Shown here in pieces: positions 1-9,422 of a stretch of 54,798 nucleotides of DNA (within the stretch, counting starts at the first letter, position 1; each line of letters starts with the position of its first letter). A program made the position numbers and the translations under genes. The notes beneath the pieces were generated by a model. That model worked only from the letters and a program-made list of their open reading frames with translations. It made no database searches and was not told the origin of the DNA. Origin of the DNA: Candidatus Eiseniibacteriota bacterium (GTDB lineage Bacteria; Eisenbacteria; RBG-16-71-46; JABDJR01; JAWXBZ01). Where the stretch lies: assembly GCA_034440375.1 (NCBI GenBank), contig JAWXBZ010000034.1, positions 1-54,798 on the forward strand, written 5' to 3'.

Positions 1-371
1 GACAGCGTCACTGGTTTCTCGAACTGGATGCCGTGGGGGCCGAGTTCGAGGGTCATGGAGTTGGGGTGGGATTGGTGGATGGAGATTTCGGTGTCTTCGG
101 TAAGGGCGCCTGGGGGGAAATCGAGCTGGTAGCGGCCGAGGCGGACGGAGCCGCCTTCTTCGGCGCTGACGAGGACGCTGATGGCGGGTCCACGGCCGGC
201 CTTGAAGGCGACGGGCGGTGTTTGCTCGGAGGCGGGCAGGGTCAGGGCACGGGGTCCGTTGCTGGATGAGCTAGGGGCGGTCGTGACGTCCGTGCCGCAG
301 CCTGAGGTCAGGATGGACAGGGTAATGATCGCGGCGGCGCCGACTGCGTTCTTAAAGATCCGAGCGTGCAT
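1..371 (-). CDS. Lipoprotein with ZU5-like domain (runs off the left edge of the window)
   Basis: Not in the ORF track; translated by hand. ATG at 371 follows a GGAGG RBS. MHARIFKNAVGAAAIITLSILTSGC contains a lipobox; GGSVRLGRYQLDFPPGALTEDTEISI...LELGPHGIQFEKPVTL resembles the ZU5 pattern. Confidence 0.75.
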   Translation of the reverse strand, partial: MHARIFKNAVGAAAIITLSILTSGCGTDVTTAPSSSSNGPRALTLPASEQTPPVAFKAGRGPAISVLVSAEEGGSVRLGRYQLDFPPGALTEDTEISIHQSHPNSMTLELGPHGIQFEKPVTL

Positions 372-420
372 TTGAACCTCCCTCGAGTTCGTGATTGCTG
401 CCATTCCGGTTGGGAGGTAA

Positions 421-436
421 AGCAAGCTCGTGTCCA
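421..436 (-). promoter_or_regulatory. sigma54 (-24/-12) promoter for the lipoprotein gene
   Basis: Minus strand TGGACACGAGCTTGCT = GG-N10-GC with TTGCT, ~50 nt upstream of the ATG and next to a sigma54 activator gene. Confidence 0.7.
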
Positions 437-486
437 TTTGACATGGGGCCGGGAGTGGCAGGCGAAAGAGTCGATGTCTAGATCTT

Positions 487-511
487 TAAGTTGTTTATTT
501 TCATTTGCTTA
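487..511. promoter_or_regulatory. 25-bp AT-rich IHF-like site (copy 1)
   Basis: TAAGTTGTTTATTTTCATTTGCTTA; the reverse strand contains AATAAACAACTTA, one mismatch from WATCAANNNNTTR. Lies upstream of the sigma54 promoter. Confidence 0.5.
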
Positions 512-637
512 CATGGATGGCTTTGATCAATGACGCCATCTCGCCGACCGTTCGGGGCTCTGATTCGTGGTCCGAAATGGGTGAGATGTCCCCGCGAGAG
601 GGCCTTTCATGAACCACGAGACAGGTCGAGAGAGCTA

Positions 638-662
638 TAAGTAGTTTAATTTCAATTGGTTA
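638..662. promoter_or_regulatory. 25-bp AT-rich IHF-like site (copy 2)
   Basis: TAAGTAGTTTAATTTCAATTGGTTA aligns without gaps to 487-511 and 50828-50852. Confidence 0.45.
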
Positions 663-709
663 TGACTATTATTGGCTGGAACCAGCCGATGGTGGGTGGG
701 AATGCCCGC

Positions 710-2083
710 TCAGCCGGCCTGTCGCAGGCGAACGCTCTGAAGGCGGGCCAGCTTGTAGCGGAAGGCGCCTCGTCCCAGGCCGAGAAGCCGTGCGGCTTCG
801 GTGGCGTTGTTGTTGGCCGTCTCCATCGCCTGGGTGATGAACACACGCTCGACGTCCTCCAGCGGGATGGGGCCACCCTGAAAGTCGATCTGAATCGACT
901 GGGCCGAGATCCGGGCTCGCTCACGGACAGGGCCAGCCACGAGGAGCATGGGAAAGTCTTCAACGCTGAGCGGCCGGCCGTCGGCCAAAAGGACGGCTCG
1001 CTCGAGGCTGTTGGCCAGCTCTCGAACATTTCCGGGCCAGTCGTAGCGCCGCAGGCGTAAAAGGAGCAGTTCATCGGGTTGGTGAACTGTTCGACCAAAC
1101 TTGCGGCCGAAGGCCGCCACGAAATGCCGCGCCAGGAGATCAATGTCATCGCGCCGCTCTCGCAATGGTGGAAGGTGAACCCGGACGACATTGAGACGGT
1201 GGAAGAGATCACCCCGGAACCGACGATCCTCCACCTCGGTTTCCAGATCACGGTTGGTCGCTGCCAGAATACGCAGGTCCAGCTTTTTGAGCTCGTGACC
1301 GGCCAGTCGGCGGACCGAGCGTGTATCCAGAACGCGCAGCAGTTTGGCCTGCAGGTCGTGACCCATCTCACCGATTTCGTCCAGGAAGAGCGAACCCCGG
1401 TCGGCCAGCTCGAAAAGCCCGGCCCGCGACCGTGTGGCGTCCGTGAAGGCGCCCGCCTCATGACCGAAGAGTTCGCTTTCCAGAAGGCTCTCGGGGATGG
1501 CCGCGCAGTTGATTTCCAGGAATGGCTGCTGGGCGCGTTGACTTTCCGCGTGGACAGCTCGTGCAACCAGTTCCTTGCCGGTTCCACTTTCACCCGTGAT
1601 GAGGACGGAGGTGTCGGGCGAGGCGGCTACCTGGCCGATCAGGCGGCGAATGGATGTCATCGAGTCGGACTCGCCAAGTAGTGTGTCGGCGCCTCCGACG
1701 ACCGGCCGACCCGTCCGCTTGTCACGGCTGCTCGTCACCCGTTCGACAACCGCCTCTAGGCGGCCGGGGGCAAACGGGCGCAGGAGTACCTCGCGGGCCC
1801 CGGCCTCCAGGGCCTGAGCGTCCCGTTCGTCCGATGGCCGATCGGTCATCAGGGCGATTTGGCAGGCCGAATTCTGTTTCTTGAGAAGGGCTTGAAGCTC
1901 GCGGCAGAGTTCCGGATCACGAAAGGAGAGGAAGGCGGCATCGACCGCCGTATTGCCGATGCTGTCCAGTGCCGATCGGGCCGCACCAAAAGCAAAGACC
2001 CGGTGCCCGGCGGCCCGGAGGCCGTCCAGCCAGGACTCGCGAGCGGAGGAATTTTCCTCCACGATCAGGATTGTCAGACTCAG
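710..2083 (-). CDS. sigma54-dependent enhancer-binding protein (NtrC/AtoC family) with atypical receiver domain
   Basis: Walker A GESGTGKE, INCAAIP, GAFTDA, Walker B FLDE, WPGNVREL and a Fis-type HTH (NATEAARLLGL). The start is placed at CTG 2083, 5 nt after GGAGG; the ORF-track TTG at 2191 overlaps suhB. Confidence 0.9.
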   Translation of the reverse strand: MSLTILIVEENSSARESWLDGLRAAGHRVFAFGAARSALDSIGNTAVDAAFLSFRDPELCRELQALLKKQNSACQIALMTDRPSDERDAQALEAGAREVLLRPFAPGRLEAVVERVTSSRDKRTGRPVVGGADTLLGESDSMTSIRRLIGQVAASPDTSVLITGESGTGKELVARAVHAESQRAQQPFLEINCAAIPESLLESELFGHEAGAFTDATRSRAGLFELADRGSLFLDEIGEMGHDLQAKLLRVLDTRSVRRLAGHELKKLDLRILAATNRDLETEVEDRRFRGDLFHRLNVVRVHLPPLRERRDDIDLLARHFVAAFGRKFGRTVHQPDELLLLRLRRYDWPGNVRELANSLERAVLLADGRPLSVEDFPMLLVAGPVRERARISAQSIQIDFQGGPIPLEDVERVFITQAMETANNNATEAARLLGLGRGAFRYKLARLQSVRLRQAG

Positions 2084-2141
2084 AGGAACCTCCGCGGCGG
2101 GGAGCAGGTCCCAGGGCGACGGCCCCTCCCCAACCGGGGGG

Positions 2142-2960
2142 TTATCGGCTGGAATGCTTCGGATCTGAAGGGGAATCCGCAAGGGTGGCAATCATGGCCC
2201 CATGAATCAGCCCGTTGCTCGCTACAAGGCGGCCCGTCCGGATCACGGCCGGCTCCCCGGCGTACCCCGTGAGGCGCCCCCCCGCCTCGGTAACGAGGAG
2301 GCTCCCGGCGGCGACGTCCCATGGAGCCAGTTCTTCCTCCCAGTATCCGTCGAACCGGCCGGCGGCCACATAGGACAGGTCCAGCGCGGCCGCACCGGCA
2401 CGCCGAATGCCCCTCGCCCGCAGGGCGAATCGGCTGAACTCCGCCAGGTTGTTCCGGGGAGAGGTGCGAATGTCATAGGGAAAACCGGTGGCCAGGAGTG
2501 AAGCGCCGAGGTCCGCCCGCGTGCTGACATGAACTGCCCGGCCGTTGAGCGTTACGCCCCTGCCCCTGGCCGCCGAGAAACACTCCTGCCGGGTCGGATC
2601 GAAGACGACGCCGAGTTCGATGACTCCAGCCCGCTCGAATGCGATGCTGACGGCGAAAGTCGGAAATCCGTGGGCATAGTTCGTCGTGCCGTCGAGCGGA
2701 TCGACGATCCAGAGGCCGGAGCCGGTATCGTCGGATCGCCAGCCTTCCTCGGCCAGGATGCCCGTACCGGGAAACTCAACGGTCAGGCGTCCGACAACAA
2801 GTTCCTCGGAGCGGCGATCCATCTCCGTCACCAGGTCGACTTCCCCCTTCAGCTCGACGGCAATGTCGCTACCGAAGCGGGTCATCAGAAGTTCACCCGC
2901 ATCACGGGCAATCCGCTCCACCGCAGGAACCCAGGATTGGAAGTCGGGTGGCGGACACAT
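2142..2960 (-). CDS. suhB: Inositol monophosphatase family protein
   Basis: DLVTEMD, ILAEE, WIVDPLDGTTNYAHG, ATGFPYD and WDVAAGSLLVTEAGG motifs; ATG at 2960. Confidence 0.93.
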   Translation of the reverse strand: MCPPPDFQSWVPAVERIARDAGELLMTRFGSDIAVELKGEVDLVTEMDRRSEELVVGRLTVEFPGTGILAEEGWRSDDTGSGLWIVDPLDGTTNYAHGFPTFAVSIAFERAGVIELGVVFDPTRQECFSAARGRGVTLNGRAVHVSTRADLGASLLATGFPYDIRTSPRNNLAEFSRFALRARGIRRAGAAALDLSYVAAGRFDGYWEEELAPWDVAAGSLLVTEAGGRLTGYAGEPAVIRTGRLVASNGLIHGAMIATLADSPSDPKHSSR

Positions 2961-2966
2961 TGGCCC

Positions 2967-2975
2967 AGTGTAACA
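2967..2975 (-). promoter_or_regulatory. Extended -10 element, probable leaderless suhB promoter
   Basis: TG-T-TACACT ends 6 nt before the ATG; no Shine-Dalgarno. Confidence 0.5.
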
Positions 2976-3052
2976 GGCGGCTGAACGCACGCGGCAGAAC
3001 CAGGACGGGCACCCGGCACCTCTGCCAAGAATCCTGATACAGTCGCCACCTG

Positions 3053-5176
3053 ATGACGAAACCATCGCTGGACGGAATCTTCAAGCCTCAATCGGTGGCC
3101 GTGGTCGGCGCCTCGAACCGGCCCGGAAACATTGGCCGTGAGATTGTGCACAACCTCATTGAATTTGAATTTCAGGGGCCGGTATTCCCCGTCAATCCGA
3201 AGCTCCGGACATTGCACAGTCTCAAGGCCTATCCGTCTGTCGACGCCATTCCCGATCCAGTCGATCTTGCGGTGATCGTGGTGCCCAAGGAACAGGTATC
3301 CACGGTGGTGGAGGCGTGCGGACGAAAGGGAGTGAAGGGGCTCGTGGTCATTACCGCCGGCTTCCGCGAGGTCGGCGGTCTTGGAATCGCCCGTGAGGAG
3401 GAGCTGGCGTCGTTGCTCAATCGCCATGGCATGCGGATGGTCGGACCAAACTGCATGGGCGTCATCAACACCGACCCGACCGTCCGGCTCGATGCCAGCT
3501 TCGCGCGGACGCTGCCGATCACCGGCGACATCGGCTTCATGACCCAAAGCGGCGCGCTGGGCGAGGCCATTTTATCCATCGCCAGCAGGAAGGGAATCGG
3601 CTTCTCGATGTTTGTTTCGGTAGGCAACAAGACCGATGTCTCGGGCAACGATCTCCTCCTGTACTGGGAGAACGATCCAGCCACCCGGGTCATCCTGTTG
3701 TACCTCGAAAATTTTGGTGATCCCAGGCGATTCACGACCATCGCGCGGCGCATCACCCGAACGAAACCGATCGTGGCCGTCAAGGCCGGGCGCACCACCG
3801 CCGGGGCGCGGGCCGTATCAAGCCACACTGGTTCGCTTGCCGGGCGCGACATGGCCACTGATCTGCTCCTGACGCAGTGCGGCGTACTTCGAGCGGCCTC
3901 GGTGGAGGAACTGTTCGATCTGGCCCCGGCTTTCTCCATGCAGCCACCTCCGGCTGGACCACGCGTCGGCATCGTGACGAATGCCGGTGGGCCGGGCATC
4001 CTGGCCACCGATGCCTGTGTCGGCCTCGGACTCGTGGTGGAGAGCCCCTCCCCGGCCACCCGGGAGCGCCTGGCGCCCATTCTGCATCCCGAAGCCAGTC
4101 TCGAGAACCCGATCGATCTCCTGGCTAGCGGCACACCCGAAATGTACGGAGCGGCCACCCGCGCGGCTCTCGATGATCCGGCCTTCGATGCGCTGATCGT
4201 CATCTTTGTGCCACCTGTCATGACCCGCTCGGAGGAGGTGGCCCGGTCCATCGCAAATGAGGCGGCCGGAAGTCCGAAGCCGGTCATGGTCTGTTTCATG
4301 GGGGCCGAGGAGGGAGTGCCGGGGGTGGCGGAGCTGCGGAGCCGTGGTCTGCCGGTCTATACCTTTCCCGAGTCGGCGGCAAATGCGCTCGCGGCCCTTC
4401 ACACCTATCGCCAGTGGCGCGACCGCCCGGATGGCCGGGTGATCGACATGCCCGTGGATCATGAGCGGGCCGCCCGCGCGCTCGAGTCGGCACGTGAGGC
4501 CGGCCGTGACTGGCTGACCGGACCGGAAGCCCGCGAGGTGGCGAGCGCGGCCAGACTCCCGGTGGCGGTGGCCAGGACGGTGCGATCCCCTGCCGAAGCC
4601 ATGGCCGCATCCGTCGAAATCGGCTTCCCGCTGGTCCTGAAGCGGGACGGGCCGGGCAGTGAGCACAAGTCTGATTCCGGCGGGGTACGCGTCGGAATCC
4701 GGAATGCACCGGATCTGGAAGCTGCCTTTCACGACCTGGGTGGAGGAATCGAGCCCCTCGTTCTCATGGAGATGATCGAGGGCGGCCGGGAGTTGATTCT
4801 CGGCATGATCATCGATCCCATGGCCGGGCCGCTGCTCATGGTCGGAACGGGTGGCACTTACGTTGAACTGTTGCGGGATGCGGTGTGGAGGATCCATCCG
4901 CTGACCGACCTCGACGCCTCCGAGATGCTGCGAACGATGACGGGCTACCCGATCCTGACCGGTTATCGAGGCGAGGTGGCGGTCGACACCCGTTCGGTGG
5001 AATCCGACCTGCTGCGGCTATCGGCGCTTGTCAGCGCGTTTCCGGAGATCGTGGAGTTGGACATCAATCCCTACATCGCCCGGCCGGGTGATGGGATGAA
5101 TCGCATCGTCGATATCCGGATCCGGCGGGAAACAAGGCCGGGGCCGGATCAGCCCTCGTCGAGGGACCCCTCCTGA
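3053..5176 (+). CDS. Acetate/acyl-CoA ligase (ADP-forming), fused alpha-beta subunits
   Basis: CoA-binding VAVVGAS, GPNCMG, QSGALG, phospho-His SHTGSLAG, TNAGGPG, NPIDL, and an ATP-grasp with HKSDSGGV and ELDINP. Confidence 0.92.
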   Translation: MTKPSLDGIFKPQSVAVVGASNRPGNIGREIVHNLIEFEFQGPVFPVNPKLRTLHSLKAYPSVDAIPDPVDLAVIVVPKEQVSTVVEACGRKGVKGLVVITAGFREVGGLGIAREEELASLLNRHGMRMVGPNCMGVINTDPTVRLDASFARTLPITGDIGFMTQSGALGEAILSIASRKGIGFSMFVSVGNKTDVSGNDLLLYWENDPATRVILLYLENFGDPRRFTTIARRITRTKPIVAVKAGRTTAGARAVSSHTGSLAGRDMATDLLLTQCGVLRAASVEELFDLAPAFSMQPPPAGPRVGIVTNAGGPGILATDACVGLGLVVESPSPATRERLAPILHPEASLENPIDLLASGTPEMYGAATRAALDDPAFDALIVIFVPPVMTRSEEVARSIANEAAGSPKPVMVCFMGAEEGVPGVAELRSRGLPVYTFPESAANALAALHTYRQWRDRPDGRVIDMPVDHERAARALESAREAGRDWLTGPEAREVASAARLPVAVARTVRSPAEAMAASVEIGFPLVLKRDGPGSEHKSDSGGVRVGIRNAPDLEAAFHDLGGGIEPLVLMEMIEGGRELILGMIIDPMAGPLLMVGTGGTYVELLRDAVWRIHPLTDLDASEMLRTMTGYPILTGYRGEVAVDTRSVESDLLRLSALVSAFPEIVELDINPYIARPGDGMNRIVDIRIRRETRPGPDQPSSRDPS

Positions 5177-5412
5177 TCGGAAGTCCGGAGCCGTTCTTCC
5201 AGGAAGGAATGCAGCCGAATGGAAACTTCCTCGGGGATATCCTCGCAGCGAAATTCCCCGGTCAATTCCACGGTACGCCGGAACGACTTCAGAAACTGGT
5301 CACAGGCCGGGCACGCCCCGAAATGGGACTCGAGCAGCGCCTTCGTATCGGGCTCGAGTTCGCTGTCGACGTATTCGGTCAGCAACTGTATGACGTCATC
5401 GCAATTGAACAT
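5149..5412 (-). CDS. Small zinc-binding anti-sigma factor (zf-HC2/ZAS)
   Basis: C..LL.EYVD.EL...HFGACPAC (HxxxCxxC), directly downstream of the ECF sigma gene; no TM segment. Confidence 0.85.
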   Translation of the reverse strand: MFNCDDVIQLLTEYVDSELEPDTKALLESHFGACPACDQFLKSFRRTVELTGEFRCEDIPEEVSIRLHSFLEERLRTSDQEGSLDEG

Positions 5413-5429
5413 GATGGCAAGGCTCGACT

Positions 5430-6074
5430 TCAGCCTGGTCCTCCGAGGAATTCGCCCAGCTGGCGCCGGAGCACCAGCCTGGCCCGGTGAAGCCGTGACT
5501 TGACGGCCGGAATCGACAGATTCAAGGCTTCCGCGACCTCCTGGTTGGAGAGGTTCTGGATATCACGCAGCACGATGACCGTCTTGAAATCGTCGGGCAA
5601 TGACTGGATGGCACTCTCGAGCGCTTCCCGCGTCTCCTTGTTGAAGAGGGCCAGGTCCGGCTTCTGCGACCACTCGCTCCCGACCTCGTGCATGGACGAC
5701 TCTTCAATGATCGGAAGGACATCATCCAGGGAGACTGCGGCATGCCGCTTCCGCTGGTTCAATCGGGCGAAGGCGGCGTTGGCGGTGATGCGGTACAACC
5801 AGCTGCTGAACGCGGCATGGCCCCGAAAAGTGTGGATCTTGCGGAAAACTGATAGGAATACATCCTGGATGACATCGTTGGCATCCATGTCGTTGCCGGT
5901 TAGACGCAGGGCCAGCTGGTACACCTTTCCCTCGTAACGTCGGACCAGCTCGGTAAAAGCCGCATGGTCCCCCTCCTTCACCCGTTCGACCAGAGGCAGG
6001 TCATTGTCTGCCTTGAGAGGGCCGAGCGGGCGCGGGTTGACCTTGTCGGATTCGATTGGTGGTGTTTCAGCCAT
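5430..6074 (-). CDS. ECF RNA polymerase sigma factor (RpoE/SigW-like)
   Basis: Region 2 AFTELVRRY...DVIQDVFL...FSSWLYRITAN and region 4 LSNQEVAEALNLSIPAVKSRLHRAR. Start uncertain (6074 or 6083). Confidence 0.92.
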   Translation of the reverse strand: MAETPPIESDKVNPRPLGPLKADNDLPLVERVKEGDHAAFTELVRRYEGKVYQLALRLTGNDMDANDVIQDVFLSVFRKIHTFRGHAAFSSWLYRITANAAFARLNQRKRHAAVSLDDVLPIIEESSMHEVGSEWSQKPDLALFNKETREALESAIQSLPDDFKTVIVLRDIQNLSNQEVAEALNLSIPAVKSRLHRARLVLRRQLGEFLGGPG

Positions 6075-7882
6075 GATCTGCATTGTACTCGGGCTGTTGG
6101 ATACCCGACACCCCCCGCTCGATTCGACGAAGGACGACAAAAGTCAGATCGTCGGTGAAATCGGAAGAACGGGTGAAGGCACGGATGACCTCCACGAGCT
6201 GCGTGCGAATCTGGAGGGCCGGGAGGTGCCGGCATGAGGCCAGGGCTACGGTCAGGCCGTCCCGGCCAAACTCCTCACCTTCGGGGCTCTGCGCCTCGAT
6301 GGCCCCGTCCGTGTACAGCAACATGACATCACCGACTCGAAGCTCCACCCGCCCCTCCGGGTAGCTCGCCTCGGCAAAGACGCCGAAAGGCAGCCCACCC
6401 TCTTCCAGGTAGACAACCTCTCCCGTCTTTCGAATGACGATTGGCGGCAGATGACCCGCGCTCGAATAGGTGAAGACACTGCGGGCCAGATCGATGACCC
6501 CGTAGATGGCCGTCACGAACTCCAGCTCACCCAGACTCTGGTACAGAAACGTGTTCATGCGTTGGCAAACGACCGACAGTGAGTAAGTATTGCGGGCTTC
6601 GGTCCAGAGCGCGGCCCGCAGACTGGCCATGATCAGGGCAGCGGGCATCCCTTTTCCCGGAGACGTCGGCGATGACGACTCCCCAGTTACCCTCCGAGAT
6701 CGGGATGTAGTCGAAAAAGTCGCCGCTGACCTCCTCGGAGCTGATGTTGTAGCCCGACACGTCGAAACCGGTCCAGTCAGGATCGCGCTCCGGCAGGAAG
6801 GTCAACTGGATCCGGCGCGCCAGGGTCAGTTCCCGATCGAGCCGTTCCTTGTCCAGTTGCTGTCGCAGATGTCTCGTCCGCTCGATGGCCACGGCGGCCT
6901 GGCTGGCGAATGTCTCGAGCAGGCGGAGTTCACGGGGCGTGTAGGCGTTGACCTGATCGCTTTCCAGGTTCAGGACGCCGACGACCTCCCCCCCGACACG
7001 GAGCGGTGCCACCATCTCGGCCCGGGTCTCGGGCCGCGCGGCGATGTACCTGGGTTCGGTGCGGACATCCGGGACAATGCTCGACTGGCCGGTCTTGGCG
7101 GCCCATCCGACGATCCCCTCGCCGACCTTGAGATGAAGGAGGTCGTTCATTTCCGGCCGGTATCCGCGAACCGATTCGGAGGCCACCTCAAGCGTTCGGG
7201 CATCCAGCAGAAAGATGGCCGCCGCATCGTAGGGAATCACCGTGGCAACCGAGTCGATGATCGAGTTCAGCAATTCCGAGGAGTCGATGGACAGGCTGAG
7301 CTTTTGTGCCACGGTGTAGAGCAATTCATTTTCGACCCGTTCACGGCGGAGCCGGTCGAGGAGAAGCGTACTGTCGAGCAGCACGGAGACTTCATCGGCA
7401 AGTATCTCAAAGAGCTCCAGCCCTTCGGCCGTTCCCCATTCATCATTGCGCGCACTCGGCACTTCGATGAATCCAAATCGCAGCCCGCGACGGATGATGG
7501 GCGCGGACAGAGTCGTCCGGATGCGCAGCCCGAGCCGCGCGTAGCAATCGAGCAGGGGTCCATAGCCCGTCTCGCCCACCGACAGAAACAGGGGCCCGGG
7601 ATCGGGCGGTCCGAGTGGCGGGGCGGGACTGGTCAATACATGGGTGTACTCGGCCGGGGGGCCAGGAGGTGCGACAGCCACATGGCCGTGCTCGGTGCCC
7701 CGATCGTCACGGCGCACGACGAGGGCGCAGGCGTCGCCGCCGGTTTCCCCCCGCACGATCTCGGCCACGGCCGCCACGACTGATTCCAGTCCCTGTCGGG
7801 GATCGATCTCGTGCAACCGCTGAAGAAAGCGCCGGAGCCGAAACGACACCGAACCGGTCGGGCGGATCTCACCGGAATTCAT
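6067..7882 (-). pseudogene. GAF-GAF-PP2C/SpoIIE (RsbU-like) Ser phosphatase split by one frameshift at ~6652-6655
   Basis: The first frame has GAF domains, ARRIQLTFLP, VSGDFFD and IADVSGK. The expected continuation GMPAALIM...SAGH...LYTDG...DDLT is in another frame. The junction GGGAAAAGGGATG has one extra base, which may be a sequencing error. Confidence 0.8.
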
Positions 7883-9060
7883 GCCCTGTCCCCCGGCGCC
7901 CAGGAATCCGCGTAGGTGAGGCCGGTGCCGGTATTGAAGAGCACGACCCGCTCGTCCGGGCGCACGCGGCCAGCCCCGAGCAGTTCCTTGAGTCCTGCCC
8001 AGACGGCTGCCCCCTCCGGCGCGACGAACAGCCCTTCGGCTCTACCGATCTCGCGCCAGGCGAGATGAATGGCGTCATCATCAACGGCCAGTGCGATTCC
8101 ACCGCTCTTCCGAACGGCGTCAAGTATCAGAAAATCGCCGATCGCCCGGGGAACCCGGAGGCCGCTGGCAAAGGTTTTGGGATCGGGAAACGGTTCAGCG
8201 CTTGAGGCGCCCGATTCAAAGGCCCGGACGATTGGAGCGCAGCCGGCGGCCTGGATGGAATAAAGTCGCGGACGCGCTTCACCGATCCAGCCCAGCGTCT
8301 CCAGTTCATCGAAGGCTTTCCACATGCCGACGATTCCGGTTCCGCCACCAGTCGGATAAAGGATGGCGTCGGGAAGTTTCCATTCAAATTGCTCCGCCAG
8401 TTCAAAACCCATCGTCTTCTTTCCCTCAACGCGATACGGCTCCTTCAGCGTCGACAGATCAAACCAGTCAAGACCCGCCCCGGCAAGGGCCATGGCGCGG
8501 CCGGCATCGGTGATGACGCCGTCGACAAGCGTCACGCTGGCTCCGAAGGCGCGACACTGAATCGCAAAGAGCGGGGGCGTATCGGTAGGGATGAATACAT
8601 GAACCGGGAGTCCGGCCCTGGCTCCGTAGGCCGCTGCGGCACTTCCGGCGTTGCCGGCCGACGGCAGGCTGAGCGCCTTTGCCGCGCGGGCCCGGGCCAT
8701 CGTCACGGCCACCGACATCCCGCGGGCCTTGAACGAACCGGTCGGATTGGCCGACTCGTCCTTTATCCAGAGATCGGTCATTCCGAACTCCACCCCGAGA
8801 CGCAACGCGGGGATGAGCGGCGTCATTCCTTCGCCCAGGGTCACCGGCTCCTCGTCCGGCCCGGCCGGGAGCAATTCGCGGTAACGCCAGAGCGTTGGCG
8901 GCCGGGCACGCAGCATTTCCCTGGTCAGCGAATGTCGGACTTCGTCCAGCCGATAGCGGGCCAGCAGCGGGGATCCGCAATGACAGAGATTGGTGAGAGA
9001 TTCCGGGGAGATCGTGTGGCCGGCGCGACCGCACTCCAGGTGGGAGAGAAACCCGGACAC
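7879..9060 (-). CDS. thrC: Threonine synthase (PLP fold II)
   Basis: [24 protein letters not shown] (PLP Lys), SAGNAG, EGKKTMG, YPTGGG; probable GTG start at 9060. Confidence 0.9.
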   Translation of the reverse strand: MSGFLSHLECGRAGHTISPESLTNLCHCGSPLLARYRLDEVRHSLTREMLRARPPTLWRYRELLPAGPDEEPVTLGEGMTPLIPALRLGVEFGMTDLWIKDESANPTGSFKARGMSVAVTMARARAAKALSLPSAGNAGSAAAAYGARAGLPVHVFIPTDTPPLFAIQCRAFGASVTLVDGVITDAGRAMALAGAGLDWFDLSTLKEPYRVEGKKTMGFELAEQFEWKLPDAILYPTGGGTGIVGMWKAFDELETLGWIGEARPRLYSIQAAGCAPIVRAFESGASSAEPFPDPKTFASGLRVPRAIGDFLILDAVRKSGGIALAVDDDAIHLAWREIGRAEGLFVAPEGAAVWAGLKELLGAGRVRPDERVVLFNTGTGLTYADSWAPGDRA

Positions 9061-9068
9061 GCCGAAGG

Positions 9069-9422
9069 TTACCGGCTCAGCATATAGAGAATGCGCCCGC
9101 AATTCTCGCAGACCTTGACCGGCTGATGTGCGCTGATCTCGGAGTAAAACGAGCCAGGCAGGCCCTGGAAACAACCCAGACAGGTCTTGTCCTCTACCGG
9201 TACAACGGCACGGCCATGCTTCTTGGCCAGACGTTCGTAGATCACCAGCCAGCGGGTCTCGATCGACTGGGCCAGGTTGATCCGCGCGGTCTTCAAACGC
9301 TCAAGGCCCGTCATCTCGAAGCCGAGCGTCTTGAGTTCCTTCGCCCGTTCCGGATCGGAGATTTCCCGAATCATGAGATCCAGATCTTGCAGTTGGACCA
9401 GGAGGCGGACATTGTCACTCAT
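9069..9422 (-). CDS. Short C4-type zinc-ribbon protein (CT398/DUF164-like)
   Basis: LVQLQDLD at the N-terminus, YERL...AVVPV..CLGC...CENCGRILY at the C-terminus; overlaps the ptsN stop. Confidence 0.85.
   Translation of the reverse strand: MSDNVRLLVQLQDLDLMIREISDPERAKELKTLGFEMTGLERLKTARINLAQSIETRWLVIYERLAKKHGRAVVPVEDKTCLGCFQGLPGSFYSEISAHQPVKVCENCGRILYMLSR

Noticed and set aside
33-375. Plus-strand ORFs 33-269 and 181-375
   Set aside because: The minus-strand lipoprotein has an RBS, lipobox, domain pattern and promoter; these are its shadows.
1436-1453. GAFTDA instead of GAFTGA in the bEBP
   Set aside because: A common variant among sigma54 activators; not evidence of sigma54 independence.
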